DNA of 62,871 bases, the filler included, from Chiloscyllium plagiosum (lineage: Eukaryota): NCBI RefSeq assembly GCF_004010195.1. It is 5 parts of one record of this genome, joined end to end, with 100 filler letters (N's around TTAATTAATTAA, not from the genome) between each part and the next. Parts side by side here need not be neighbours in the genome. Positions count along the whole stretch, not along the records: positions 51,422 to 58,914 come from NC_057713.1; positions 59,015 to 62,871 come from NC_057713.1; 3 more parts are not named here. One strand, given 5' to 3'. Position 1 is the stretch's first letter. Each line of letters starts with the position of its first letter. Under the pieces are notes generated by a model that saw nothing but the letters and a program-made list of their open reading frames with translations, was not told where the DNA came from and ran no database searches. Positions 51,422 to 61,849 of the stretch are shown in pieces. Position numbers and translations under genes: made by a program.

Positions 51422-51710
51422 AGGGGGTAGAACCGGGCAGTGCGGGGTTCCCGGACTATGAGGTTGGAAGCTGTGGGTGGGAGATCTCCTGAGGTGATGA
51501 GGTTCTGTATGGTCTGGGAGATGATGGTTTGGTGATGGGGGGTGGGGTCATGGTCAAGGGGGCGGTAGGAAGAGGTGTCCTCGAGTTGGCGTTTGGCTTC
51601 AGCGATGTAGAGGTCAGTGCGCCAGACTACCACTGCGCCCTCTTTGTCCGCTGGCTTGATGGTGAGGTCAGGATTGGAGCAGAGGGATAGGAGGGCTGCG
51701 CGTTGTGAGG
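51422..51710 (-). mobile_element. Penelope-like element RT N-terminal fragment
   Basis: NPDLTIKPADKEGAVVVW...YIAEAKRQL...DPT...PRTARFY, the PLE DKG-motif region. Confidence 0.9.
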
Positions 51711-52104
51711 GCGTCTATTTAGAGAAAAGGGGAAAAGAACAGGTTTCACATGAATGAATAGTAGGATCTCACCACTGAAATATATGAGTCTTGCTTGGAA
51801 AAGGCTTGTTTCCATTCGATCTTAAATTAAAAATGCATCAGTTGCACTTTAAATTCGACAGAAGAGGAAGGGTGGGGCTGCTTCAAATGCTAATGGTATG
51901 TTCAGAGGTACAAACAACAAATGTTACTTGCAACTTTGTGCGTCAATGTCAATACTGCAAGGTCCAGTTTCCGTGAAATAACAGAGAATAAACAGAACCC
52001 TTCACAAGCCCAACTTGCAAAGATCACAGGTGCATAATCCTGGTTCATTTTAGTACCCTTGTCATGACCTATTGTCTTCAAATTTGCTTTTACTGATTCA
52101 TTTT

Positions 52105-52388
52105 CCAACTCATGGAGCTACACTCTTATGACTCATGACTGTATTTTCAGTCACCTAAGAGTTAAACTCTATCTTTTGAGCACCCCTGCTACCACCAGAC
52201 CTCATTTCTTTTTGTATGCGAATTACTTTGGGTGAGTAGATTAATCCCAACTCATGGAGCTACACTCTTATGACTCATGACTGTATTTTCAGTCACCTAG
52301 AGTTAAACTCTATCTTTTGAGCACCCCTGCTACCACCAGACCTCATTTCTTTTTGTATGCGAATTACTTTGGGTGAGTAGATTAATCC
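52105..52388. repeat. Near-perfect 142-bp tandem duplication
   Basis: ccaactcatggagctacac...gagtagattaatc occurs twice (52105, 52247) with one 1-bp indel. Confidence 0.97.
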
Positions 52389-52519
52389 TTAGAAAACAGA
52401 ACAAAAAGTGATTATTTTGTCAGCTGAAGCACAACACAAGCAAAATGCAGATAAGCTGAGAGGGGACCCGACAGAGGTGGAGCAGACTGAGGGGCATGAA
52501 CAGGGTGGATAGCAAGCAA

Positions 52520-52660
52520 ATAAAAAAAACAAAAGAACTGTGGATACTGAAAATCAGGAACAAAAACAGAAGGTGTTGGAGAAGCTCAGTAGGTCTGGCA
52601 GCATCTGTGGAGAGAAATCAAAGTTAACGTTTCAGGTCTGGTGACCCTTCTTCAGAACTC
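52520..52660 (-). mobile_element. PLE-terminus element inserted in a CR1 3' fragment (about 52440-52940)
   Basis: GTTAAC-family arm; flanks gatagcaagca / gatagaaagta may be a decayed TSD. Confidence 0.8.
52621..52660 (-). ncRNA. Minimal type I hammerhead ribozyme motif, intact core
   Basis: GAGUU-CUGAAGA-A-GGGUC-ACCA-GACCU-GAAA-CG-UU^AACUU: stem I 5 bp, stem II 5 bp, palindromic ACGU in place of stem III. Confidence 0.8.
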
Positions 52661-52984
52661 AACTAGATAGAAAGTAGCTGTGTCCTTTAGGTGAAGAATG
52701 AATAACAAGGGGGTATAATTTTAAAAGAAAACAGCAGGTTTAGAAGGGACTTCAGGAAAATGTTTTCACCCAGAGGGGTTGGGTATCTGGAATGCAGTGC
52801 CTGGGAAGGTACCTGAAGTGGGAAACCTCTCAACATTTGAAAAACAGCTGAATGAGCACTTGAAATACGATAAAAATGGGACTAGCATAGATTTAGATGA
52901 ATTTTGTTAGGGCAGACTTAATAGGCTGAATGGCCTCTTCTGTACTGCATGACTCTATGAAAATATCAGTAATAAAGAAATTAG

Positions 52985-53137
52985 AAACAAACAGAATATT
53001 GGAGAAACTCAACAGATCTGGCACCTGTGAAGAGAAAAATAGAGTTAACATTTGGAGTTAATTAATCTCCTTCAGAACGGTAAGAATTACTGAGTTTCTC
53101 CAGCATTCTGTGTCTCTTCCAAATTTCCAGTATCCAC
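52985..53137. mobile_element. Decayed palindromic GTTAAC-family element
   Basis: tggagaaactca...gagttaacattt...cttcagaac, then inverted tgagtttctccagca. Confidence 0.6.
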
Positions 53138-53304
53138 TTATTTTAGCTTCAAACAAAGACTTTAGTAGCCCTCAAAACCAACAAATAGACAATAGGTGCA
53201 GGAGTACGCCATTCTGCCCTTCGAGCCGATGAATCAAATGGTTTCCACACAGTTAAAAAAAGATACAACATAGCAGATGTTCTAAGATTAATCTTAAAAC
53301 AGTT

Positions 53305-53800
53305 TAGAATCATAGAGATACACAGCACACAAACAGACCCTTTGGTGTAACTTGTCCATGCTGATCATATATCCTAAATTAATGTAGTCCCATTTGCCAG
53401 CATTTGTCCCATTTCCCTTTCAACCCTTCCTATTCATAGACCTATCCAGTTGCCTTTTAAGTATTGTAATTGTACCAGCCTCCATCACCTCCTCTGGCAG
53501 CTCATTTCCATACTTGCACCATACTCGAAGTGAAAAAGTTTGCCCTTCGGTCCCTTTTAAATCTTCCCCCTCTCACCTTAAACCTATAGTTTTGACTCAC
53601 CTATCCTGGGAAAAAGACCTTGGCTATTCACCCTCTCCCTAAAGCTCAAACCCTCCAACCCTGACAACATCTCTGTAAACCTTTTCAAGTTTCACAACAA
53701 CTTTCCTATAGCAGGGAGATCAGAATTGAAGGCAGTATTCCATCAGTGATCTAATCAACGTACTATACAGCCACAACATGACTTCCCAACTACTATACTC
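53305..53800 (-). mobile_element. CR1 3' fragment
   Basis: Same subfamily as 24981-25630 and 56445-57630. Confidence 0.85.
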
Positions 53801-53897
53801 TTATTACTTCCAAGCAATAATACTTCCTTTGAATTGGAAAATCGTGCATGCACTAAGCTATTAAGAAAGGTGATAGTATCATAATTCCCTGTTTTTC

Positions 53898-55660
53898 TAA
53901 CAAAAATAGAAATTGCTGGAAAAGTTCAGGTTTGGCAGCAATGTTTTGGGTCCAGCGACCCTTCTTCAGAACTGGTGGTGGCTAATAAAAAATTGATTTT
54001 TATGCAGAAGATAGAATTAGGAAGGGAGTAAGGAGTAAACAATAGGTGAAGATAGAGCCCAAAGAGAGAAGAATACTTGGACAGACAAAGTAGTGGATAA
54101 CGGTCAGCCTAAGAGAATGAATAGCTATTAATGGGGACTATTGGTGGCTAACAATGAGTTGTGTATAATAGCAGACCACATAATAACCTGGTGTGGGGAT
54201 TGGGTAAGGATATGGGAGAAGATGCCTCAAGCCCTAAAAGTGTTGAACTTGATATTGAGTCGAGAAGGCTGTAGAGTTCCAAAACAGAACATTAGGTGCT
54301 GTTCTTCCAGTTTGCATTGAGCTTCACTGGAGCACTGCAGCAAGCCTGAAACAGAGATGTTGGCCAAGTCAGCTACGAACAGGGACTATTAATGGCTCGC
54401 AATGAATTGTGTGCAAAAGCATGTGATAACAAGGCCTTATCTATGGGAGTTCAGGTAAGGACATTGGGGAAGGTACCTCAAGCCCTAAAATTGTTGAAAT
54501 CGATATTGAGTCCAGAAGGCTGTGGAATTCCCAAGCGGAAAATGAGGGGCTGTTCTTCCAGATTCATATTCATTAGTGAGTTTTGAGAAGATCTGTAGCT
54601 CTGGTTGAGGTTCTGGGTGTAGGTTTGCTCGCTGAGCTGGAAGGTTCAGTTTCAGACGTTTCATTACCAAACTAGGTAACACCATCAGTGAGCCTCCGGA
54701 TGAAGCACTGGTGGTATGGCCCACTTTTATTTATGTGTTTAGGTTTCCTTGAGTTGGTGATGTAATTTCCTATGATGTCGTCATTCCCTGTTCTTTTTCT
54801 CGGGGGTCCAAATGGGATCCAAGTCAGTGTTTGTTGCAGTGTTCCAGTTGGAATGCTATGCTTCTAGGAATTCTCGTGCATGTCTCTGTTTGGTTTGCCC
54901 TAGGACGGATGTATTGTCTCAGTCAAAGTGGTGTCCTTCCTCATCCACATGCAAGGATACTAGTGAGAGAGGGTCATGTCGTTTTATGGCTAGTTGATGC
55001 TCATGTACCCTGGTGGCGAGTTTTCTGCCTGTTTGTCCAATGTATTGCTTGTTACAGTTCTTGCACATTATTTTGTAAATGACTTAGTTTTGCTTGTTGT
55101 CTGTGTAGGGTCCTTCAGGTTCATTAGCTGCTGTTTTAGTGTGGCGGGTTTGTGGGACTACCATGATGCCAAGAGGTCTGTGTCGTCTGGCAGTCATTTC
55201 AGAGATGTATTTTATGTAGGGGAGAGTGGCTAGGATTTCTGGATGCGTTTTGTCTGCTTGTTTGGGTTTATTGCTAAGAAATCGGTGGACTGTGTTTGTT
55301 GGGTACCCGTTCTTTTTGAATACACTGTATCGGTGATTTTCCTCTGCTCTTCGTAGTTCCTCTGTGCTGCAGTGTGATGGCTCATTGAACTAATGTTCTA
55401 ACGCAGCTTCGTTTGTGGATGTTGGGATGATTGCTTCTGTCGTTCAGTATTTGGTTCAAATACTGAACGACAGAAGCAATCATCCTAACATCCATCCCTC
55501 CCAACTCTGTCTTCATTTTCCTAGCTACCATCAGTTCTAAAGGCAGCTTACTGGATCTGAACATGAACTCTGATTTCTGCCAGACCAGCTGAGCTTTTCC
55601 AGTAATTTCTGTTTTTGTTTCTGATTTCCAGCATCTGCAGTTCTTTCGATTTTTGTTTTT
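53898..55660 (-). mobile_element. Penelope-like element 3' region with tandem partial repeat and inverted termini (hosts a nested second PLE)
   Basis: GIY-YIG C-terminus twice: KLEEQHLMFCFGTLQPSRLNIKFNTFRA* and EEQPLIFRLGIPQPSGLNIDFNNFRA*; hammerhead arm at 53900-53975 (-) and an inverted arm at 55530-55660 (+). Confidence 0.8.
54575..55493 (-). mobile_element. Second PLE lineage (Poseidon-like) 3' part: RT end, GIY-YIG endonuclease, hammerhead-like 3' repeat
   Basis: SNHPNIHKRSCVRTL; CKNCNKQYIGQTGRKLATRVHEH; REFLEA*H; minus strand TCA-CTGATGG-TGTTACC-TAGTTT-GGTAAT-GAAA-CGTC-TGA at about 54650-54693. Confidence 0.88.
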
Positions 55661-55739
55661 AATTATAATGCTAGTCTAACATCAGCTGGCAGGAGATACA
55701 GTTTATTATTTTAAAAAGGTGACTGCATATCTTGAAAAT

Positions 55740-56425
55740 CTTTAGCTCTCAAAGAGCGAACATAGAATTGTAAAGGGTAGACCATGCGCGAAAAAATCTC
55801 TCTGAAGATGTATTAAAGTATCGAATAGGAGAATGTCTTTGGATGTTCTTATTTGGATTTCTAGAACCTATGTGTTCATAAAAGATAATTAACTAAAGTT
55901 AAAGTTCATGGAATCAAAGACAAATTATTGATCTGGTTCAGACATTGACTGAACGGAAGGAGGCAGAGAAAAGAAGAATGGGCAGATACTCTAATTGGTA
56001 GAATGAGACTTGTGGTGACTCAGGTGCATCTGTGTTTTTGATATTAGCAACTTAGATGAAGGGATAGATAGTAAGAATAAATCGCCATTTATCAAAACTT
56101 TCCAAATATATAGGATAGGTGGCATTGTTAATGAATGTAAAACTTTATCATTATTCAGAAACATCTACAGATGAAGTGAATTGGTAAGAAAAAATGGATT
56201 TCAATGTATAGGTATGTATTCAACCGCATTGGACTGAAAAAACTGTTCTTTCTAAATGGTGAAAACCCAAGAAGACTGTGATACAAACATGGTTAGAATC
56301 ATAGAACATTAAAATTCCATGAACATATACAGAAAATCATCAAAAAGGCAAATGCTATACCAGACTTCCTTGCTCGAGGACTAGAATGAAAGGGGTGGAA
56401 AATTATGCTTCAGTGATACAAGCTC
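55740..56425 (+). mobile_element. Old CR1 RT fragment
   Basis: Degenerate RT motifs (KVKVHGIK; WFRH; GRRQR). Confidence 0.55.
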
Positions 56426-56444
56426 TTAATCAGACCACATCTGG

Positions 56445-57630
56445 ATTAGAGTCATAAAGACCCTTCGGTCCAACCCATCCATGCCGACCAGATATCCCAA
56501 CCCAATCTCGTCTCGCCTGCCAGCAACCAGCCCAGATCCCTCCAAACCCCTCCTATTCATATGCCCATCCAAATGCCTCTTAAATGTTGCAATTGTACTC
56601 GCCTCCACCGCTTCCTCTAGCAGCTCACTCCATACACGTGCCACCTCTATGTGAAATAGTTGCCCCTTAGGTCTCTTTTATAACTTTCCCCTCTCACCCT
56701 AAACCTATGCCCTCTAGTTCTGGACTCCCCGACCCCAGGGAAAAGACTTTGCCTATTTACCTTATCCATGCCCCTCATAATTTTGTAAACCTCTATAAGG
56801 TCGCTATTCAGCCTCCAATGCTCCAGGGAAAATAGCCCCAGCCTGTTCAGCCTCTCCCTGTAGCTCAAATCCTCCAATCCTGGCAACATCCTTGGAATAT
56901 TTTTCTGAACCCTTTCAAGTTTCACAACATCTTTCCGATAGGAAGGAGACCAGAATTGCACGCAATCTTTCAACAAAGGCCTAACCAATGTCCTGTACAG
57001 CCGCAACATGACCTCGCAACTCCTATACTCAATATTTTGACCAATAAAAGAAAGAATACCAAACACCTTCTTCACTATCCTACCTACCTGCGACTCCACT
57101 TTCAAAGAGCTATGAACCTGCACTCCAAGGTCTCTTTGTTCAGCAACACTCCCTAGGACCTTACCATTAAGTGCATAAGTCCTTCTAAGATTTGCTTTCT
57201 CAAAATGCAGCAACATTTATCTGAATTAAACTCCATCTGCCATCTCTCAGCCCATTGGCCCATCTGGTCAAGATCCTATTGTAATCTGAGGTAACCTTCT
57301 TCGCTGTCCACCACACCTCCAATTTTGGTGTCATCTGCAAACTTACTAACTGTACCTCTTATGCTGACATCCAAATCATTTATATAAATGACAAAAAGTA
57401 AAGGACACAGCACCGATCCTTGTGGCATTCCAGTGGTCACAGGCATCAGTCTGAAAAACAACCCTCCACCACCACCCTCTGGTCTTCTACCTTTGAGCCA
57501 GTTCTGTATCCAAATGGCTAGTTCTCCCTGTATTCCGTGAGATCTAACCTTGCTATGGAGAAGGTCTCCTGTGGGGAATCTTGTTGAATGCCTTACTGAA
57601 GTCCACGTAGATCACATCTACCGCTCTAAC
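56445..57630 (-). mobile_element. CR1 RT-3' fragment
   Basis: GMPQGSVL, SKFADDTK, LYRTLVRPLL, SRTRGHRF. Confidence 0.95.
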
Positions 57631-57749
57631 CTCAACAGTCATCGAGGGATATGGGGGCATTGCAGGAAAGTGGCATTACGTGAGGAGGAGGCCATAAGGG
57701 CCAAATGGCCTTGTGCAATTCCTATTTCTTCTGTTCCTAACAGACATGG

Positions 57750-58550
57750 AAATACACAAAAGAGGAGTAGGCCACTTGGCCCTTCAAGCTTGCTCTGCCA
57801 TTCACGGCTGATCATCCAAATCAACAGCCTGTTCTCACTTTCCCTACATCCTTTGATCCCTGTAGTCCCAAGTGCCAACTCCTTCTTGTTACAAAGTTTT
57901 GACCAACTGCTTTCCTTGATTCACCACTCTCTGGATAAAGAAATTTTTCCTCATCCCGGTCCTCAATGGTTTGTCCTGCAATCTTAAATTGTGACCCCAG
58001 TGCTGAATTCCCCTTCCACTGGGAACATCCGCCCTGTATCTCACCTAACAGTCCTGTTAGAAGTTTATGGATTTTTAGGAGATCTCCTCTCATTCTTCCA
58101 AACTCCAACAAATACAATCCTAACTGAATCAATCTCTCCTCATAATCAGAAATCAGTCTGGTATACCTTTGCTTCATTCCGTCTCTCGCAAGAACATCCT
58201 TCCTCAGATAAGAGGACAAAAAACGCATATAATATCAGTGTGGTCTCACCAAAGCCCAACATAATTGCAGCAAGACATCCCTGCTACTGTGCTCAAACTC
58301 TCTCATTGTGAAGGCCAACATACCATTGGCCTTATTTTACTGCCTGATGCACTATTTTCAGATGTCAAGCGCGTGCTTCCCTTGAGCAACTGGTGTAAAA
58401 AGGATAGCAAGATCTCATTGCACGTGCCCCTCGCTCAATTTATAGCAATGCTGATAAGAAATCTGCATTCCTGTTGCTATCCTGTTGCTATCAAAGTGGA
58501 TAACATTTCATCTTTCCGCATAATACTACTTCTGACATATAACTGCCCAC
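57750..58550 (-). mobile_element. CR1 3' fragment (older subfamily)
   Basis: YLRKDVLA...LGLYLLEFGRMRGDL. Confidence 0.8.
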
Positions 58551-58554
58551 TCAA

Positions 58555-58914
58555 TCAGAGGGAGGTTGAATGTCTTGTAAAGAGGAAGAAGGGGGCTTAC
58601 ATAAGGTTGAGGAAACAAGGTTCAGACAGAGCATTGGAGGGATACAGGATTGCCAGAAGGGAGCTGAAGAAAAGGATTAGGAGAGCTAAGAGAGGGCATG
58701 AAAAATCTTTGGCCGATAGGATCAAGGATAACCCCAAGGCAGTTTATGCGTATGTGGGAAACATGAGAATGACGAGAACGAGGGTAGGTCCGATCAAGGA
58801 CAGTAGTGGGAGACTACGTATTGAGTCGGAAGAGATGGGAGAGGTCTTGAATGAGTACTTTTCTTCAGTATTTACAAATGAGAAGGACCGTATTGTTGAA
58901 GAGGAGAGTGTGAA
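58555..58914 (+). mobile_element. CR1 ORF2 tether region (between EN and RT), truncated by a gap
   Basis: ELKKRIRRAKRGHEKSLADRIKDNPKAVYAYV...LNEYFSSVFT. Confidence 0.92.
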
Positions 58915-59014
58915 NNNNNNNNNNNNNNNNNNNNNNNNNNNNNNNNNNNNNNNNNNNNTTAATTAATTAANNNNNNNNNNNNNNNNNNNNNNNNNNNNNN
59001 NNNNNNNNNNNNNN

Positions 59015-59157
59015 CTGTCTCAGGATTTCCTGAAGAAGGGCTTATGCCCGAAACGTCGATTCTCCTGTTCCCTGGATGCTGCCTGACCTGCTGCGCTTTT
59101 CCAGCAACACATTTCCAGCTCTAATCTCCAGCATCCGCAGACCTCACTTTCTCCTCA
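59015..59157 (+). mobile_element. Young hammerhead family A PLE terminus
   Basis: CpG-intact; reverse complement of the left arm at 18728. Confidence 0.88.
59021..59067 (+). ncRNA. Minimal type I hammerhead ribozyme motif, intact core
   Basis: CAGGA-UU-UC-CUGAAGA-A-GGGC-UUAU-GCCC-GAAA-CG-UC^GA-UUC-UCCUG; predicted cleavage after GUC at 59057. Confidence 0.82.
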
Positions 59158-60573
59158 TATGAATAGGAAGGGTTCAGAGAGGTATGGGTCAAATGCTGGC
59201 AAATAGGACTAGATTAATTTAGAATATCTGATCGGCATGGACAGGCTGGACTGCAGGGAAGAACTCAGTTGTCTTTTTCTTTTTAACTACAACCACTGTG
59301 CCCAACCAAGTATTTAAGAACAAAGCCCATTATGGGCAATGCAAGCCATCAAAAATGAAGGGGAGGTAGGAAGAGAGGGAAGATACTAACTCAAAATAAT
59401 GTTGGAGGGGATGATATTTACATCCCCTCTCTCTAAAATGATCAAGACCATTGATGCACACTGCATGCTTCCTCTCCAAAGACACCCTGGTAAATGAAAG
59501 TAACCACAGATTCCACAGAAGGTTCAGGATGCTGGGGCCAATGTAAAATTCTGTCTGAGCAGGGGTTCACCCAGACTGGATTCCATCACACACCTGAGCA
59601 TCCTCCAACTGGTGCATGACATTAGATCTGAACACTGCCGTTTTCAGACAATGGATGGAATCAGCCATCAGCTAGATGTCCAACGCTACCTTGATTGCCA
59701 ATCCGAATGGCAACTTCCAGCCCAGGCCTCCACCACTGAACACGTCCCTTATTCTGGTCACCCTCACAACCATGGACCTCCCCTCAACCAGTCACTCAAA
59801 CCCGCAATGGTGGAGGTGCAGATTCTGGACTAGAGATTCTCTGATGATAGTCACAGTCCCAATGGCTGAAAGGCCCAGCATGAGTTGTCAATGTTCTTGG
59901 TAAAAGTCACAGAGTGTCCTGAAGGAGACTTGAACATACAGGGGCTGCATGTCATAATTGATGGAAAAAATACATCACCAGAGTGCACTGTCATAAGAGG
60001 CTCAACATAAAGATATTGCTGCATGATCAGAAAGCAGAAAGCCACCATCTGGGTACAGAGGTATGCCAGTGATTGACTGCCCTCTTCAATAGAGAGACTC
60101 AGAATTTCTGCCTCAACCTGAAAAATCTCCTTGACCCAGAAGAGTTGAACCAGCACTCTGGATTTTTGTGACAATACCAGGAAGAGGGGTCAAAGAGATC
60201 AGCCACTTCCATAGCGTGGAGGTGTGCAGTTGGTTTCTGAGCAACATTTGGCCCCTGTAAGGTAGCACTCAATATATTTCTGTCCAGTGGCCCAGACAAG
60301 CTAAGACTTAGACCTCTAGTAACCGCCAAATCACCAGTTAGGATTTCTCAGCTGGGCTGAGGTAGATCCATAGATTGAGGAGATGAGTGGTACTCAACTG
60401 AGGTTCCCGTAACTCCTCCAGCAAGGCATCTACCCATCATGGACTGACCAGGAGATGGAACAGCTGGCTCAGCTGATCCTGAAGAAGAGCTGTTCTGGTT
60501 TACCCTTAAAGGGACCTGCATTTCTAACAGCGACACTGCAAATCTTATGCACGCCATTAAAAATCTGTTAAAC

Positions 60574-61591
60574 CATGTTTTGAATCTCTACAACAAGACG
60601 TTCAATTTCATATTTTTGGAGAAATGCATGTAGTGCTTCAAAATCAACATTTGTACTTGTTGCTCACAGTCCGCTTTGAAGATTGCCAGAAATCACTGCA
60701 ACAAATCCCATAACTACTACTTAAGACATGTTGTTTACAAAATGGGGTTTGCCAGAAAAAATCGCTACTGACAATGGATCAGAATTTTTTCCCCAATTAG
60801 TTTCCAGCAAACTAAGGAATTAATCAACACTGTTCAAACGGTGGTTTTAAGTTATTCAACAGGGTGATAAAGTACAATCTGACAGCTGGTCTGATAGAAT
60901 AAACATTTGAACAACACATTCAAAACCAATTTCACACCAATCATTTCAACGCACACTCTGACTTGGAAATCTGCATTAGAAAATACAAGGGATCGAAACT
61001 TTTGCATGTAGTGTACACCAAATGCAGAAGAAATTGCAAAGCAACAAGCTAAAGTGCAGATACACTCCAACAAACAAGCAAATGCAAGGGAACCATGATT
61101 TGAATTTGGAAATCAGGTTTCATTCAAACAGCCAAACCACAAGCACATTTGGACGAAAGAAGATCAGACATTTATCTGGCATCAAACCTCACCCCCTAAC
61201 TATTGCATAAATGCTGCCACCTCCAAATTTAATGTCAGATCTGAGGAAGAATCATCTACATTCAAAATGTTGACTTGTTTTCTTTCCATGGTGCAGCCTG
61301 ACCTATTATGATCTCTAGCATTTTTTGTTTTCAGTACAGAATCTGCAGTAATTTGCTTCTACCTATATCAATGTTTATCTGTTGATGACAACACTAAATG
61401 AAATGCAGCTTGCTTGTGAGCAAGACCACAATATTTTGAGGACAATGATTATGAGGGTAACTTTCCTTTTCTGATGACTGAGGGTGATATTTGTAATTCT
61501 CATCAAACTGACCATGTAAAAACACAACTTCAAAGGTATAGACCTCAATGTAGTCATTGAAGACCTCTGTGTCACAAAGATTATTCTGGTA
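60574..61591 (-). pseudogene. Three candidate exons (61414-61591, 60963-61048, 60574-60695), weakly resembling the ALS2CL/ALS2 DH region
   Basis: AG acceptors with pyrimidine tracts. Peptides: YQNNLCDTEVFNDYIEVYTFEVVFLHG...NHCPQNIVVLLT; CCFAISS...; VISGNLQSGL*ATSTNVDFEALHAFLQKYEIERLVVEIQN. One in-frame TGA and one phase mismatch. Confidence 0.35.
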
Positions 61592-61849
61592 CTTAAAGAA
61601 AATGGATAAGTTGAACTTTACAGGATACCATTTATTGGTTTGGATGGTTTAAAATAATATTTTAATATAGTGTCCGGAAAGAAGAAAAGGTAAATGGATT
61701 ACAGGTCCAAAATAGGGTTTGATCCATGAGTGAGACAATTGTAAGATAACACATGTTTTTTCTCTCTTTATCTACTTACTAGAGCCATTGTGCTTGTGCC
61801 ATGCTTAGGAAACGTTTGCTTGCGAGGCCAGGCCATCTTGTGTCACTGA

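Noticed and set aside
9339..57156. Many 60-150 aa ORFs antisense to CR1, L1 or HE1 copies (e.g. 9582-9866, 18547-19419, 23402-23836, 41842-42099)
   Set aside because: Shadow frames of repeats with no independent coding evidence.
59500..60560. Coding exon or Harbinger ORF in a moderately GC-rich stretch
   Set aside because: No sustained frame or motif I can support; left unannotated.
60664..60666. In-frame TGA as selenocysteine
   Set aside because: No redox motif and no SECIS seen; a CGA-to-TGA nonsense change is simpler.
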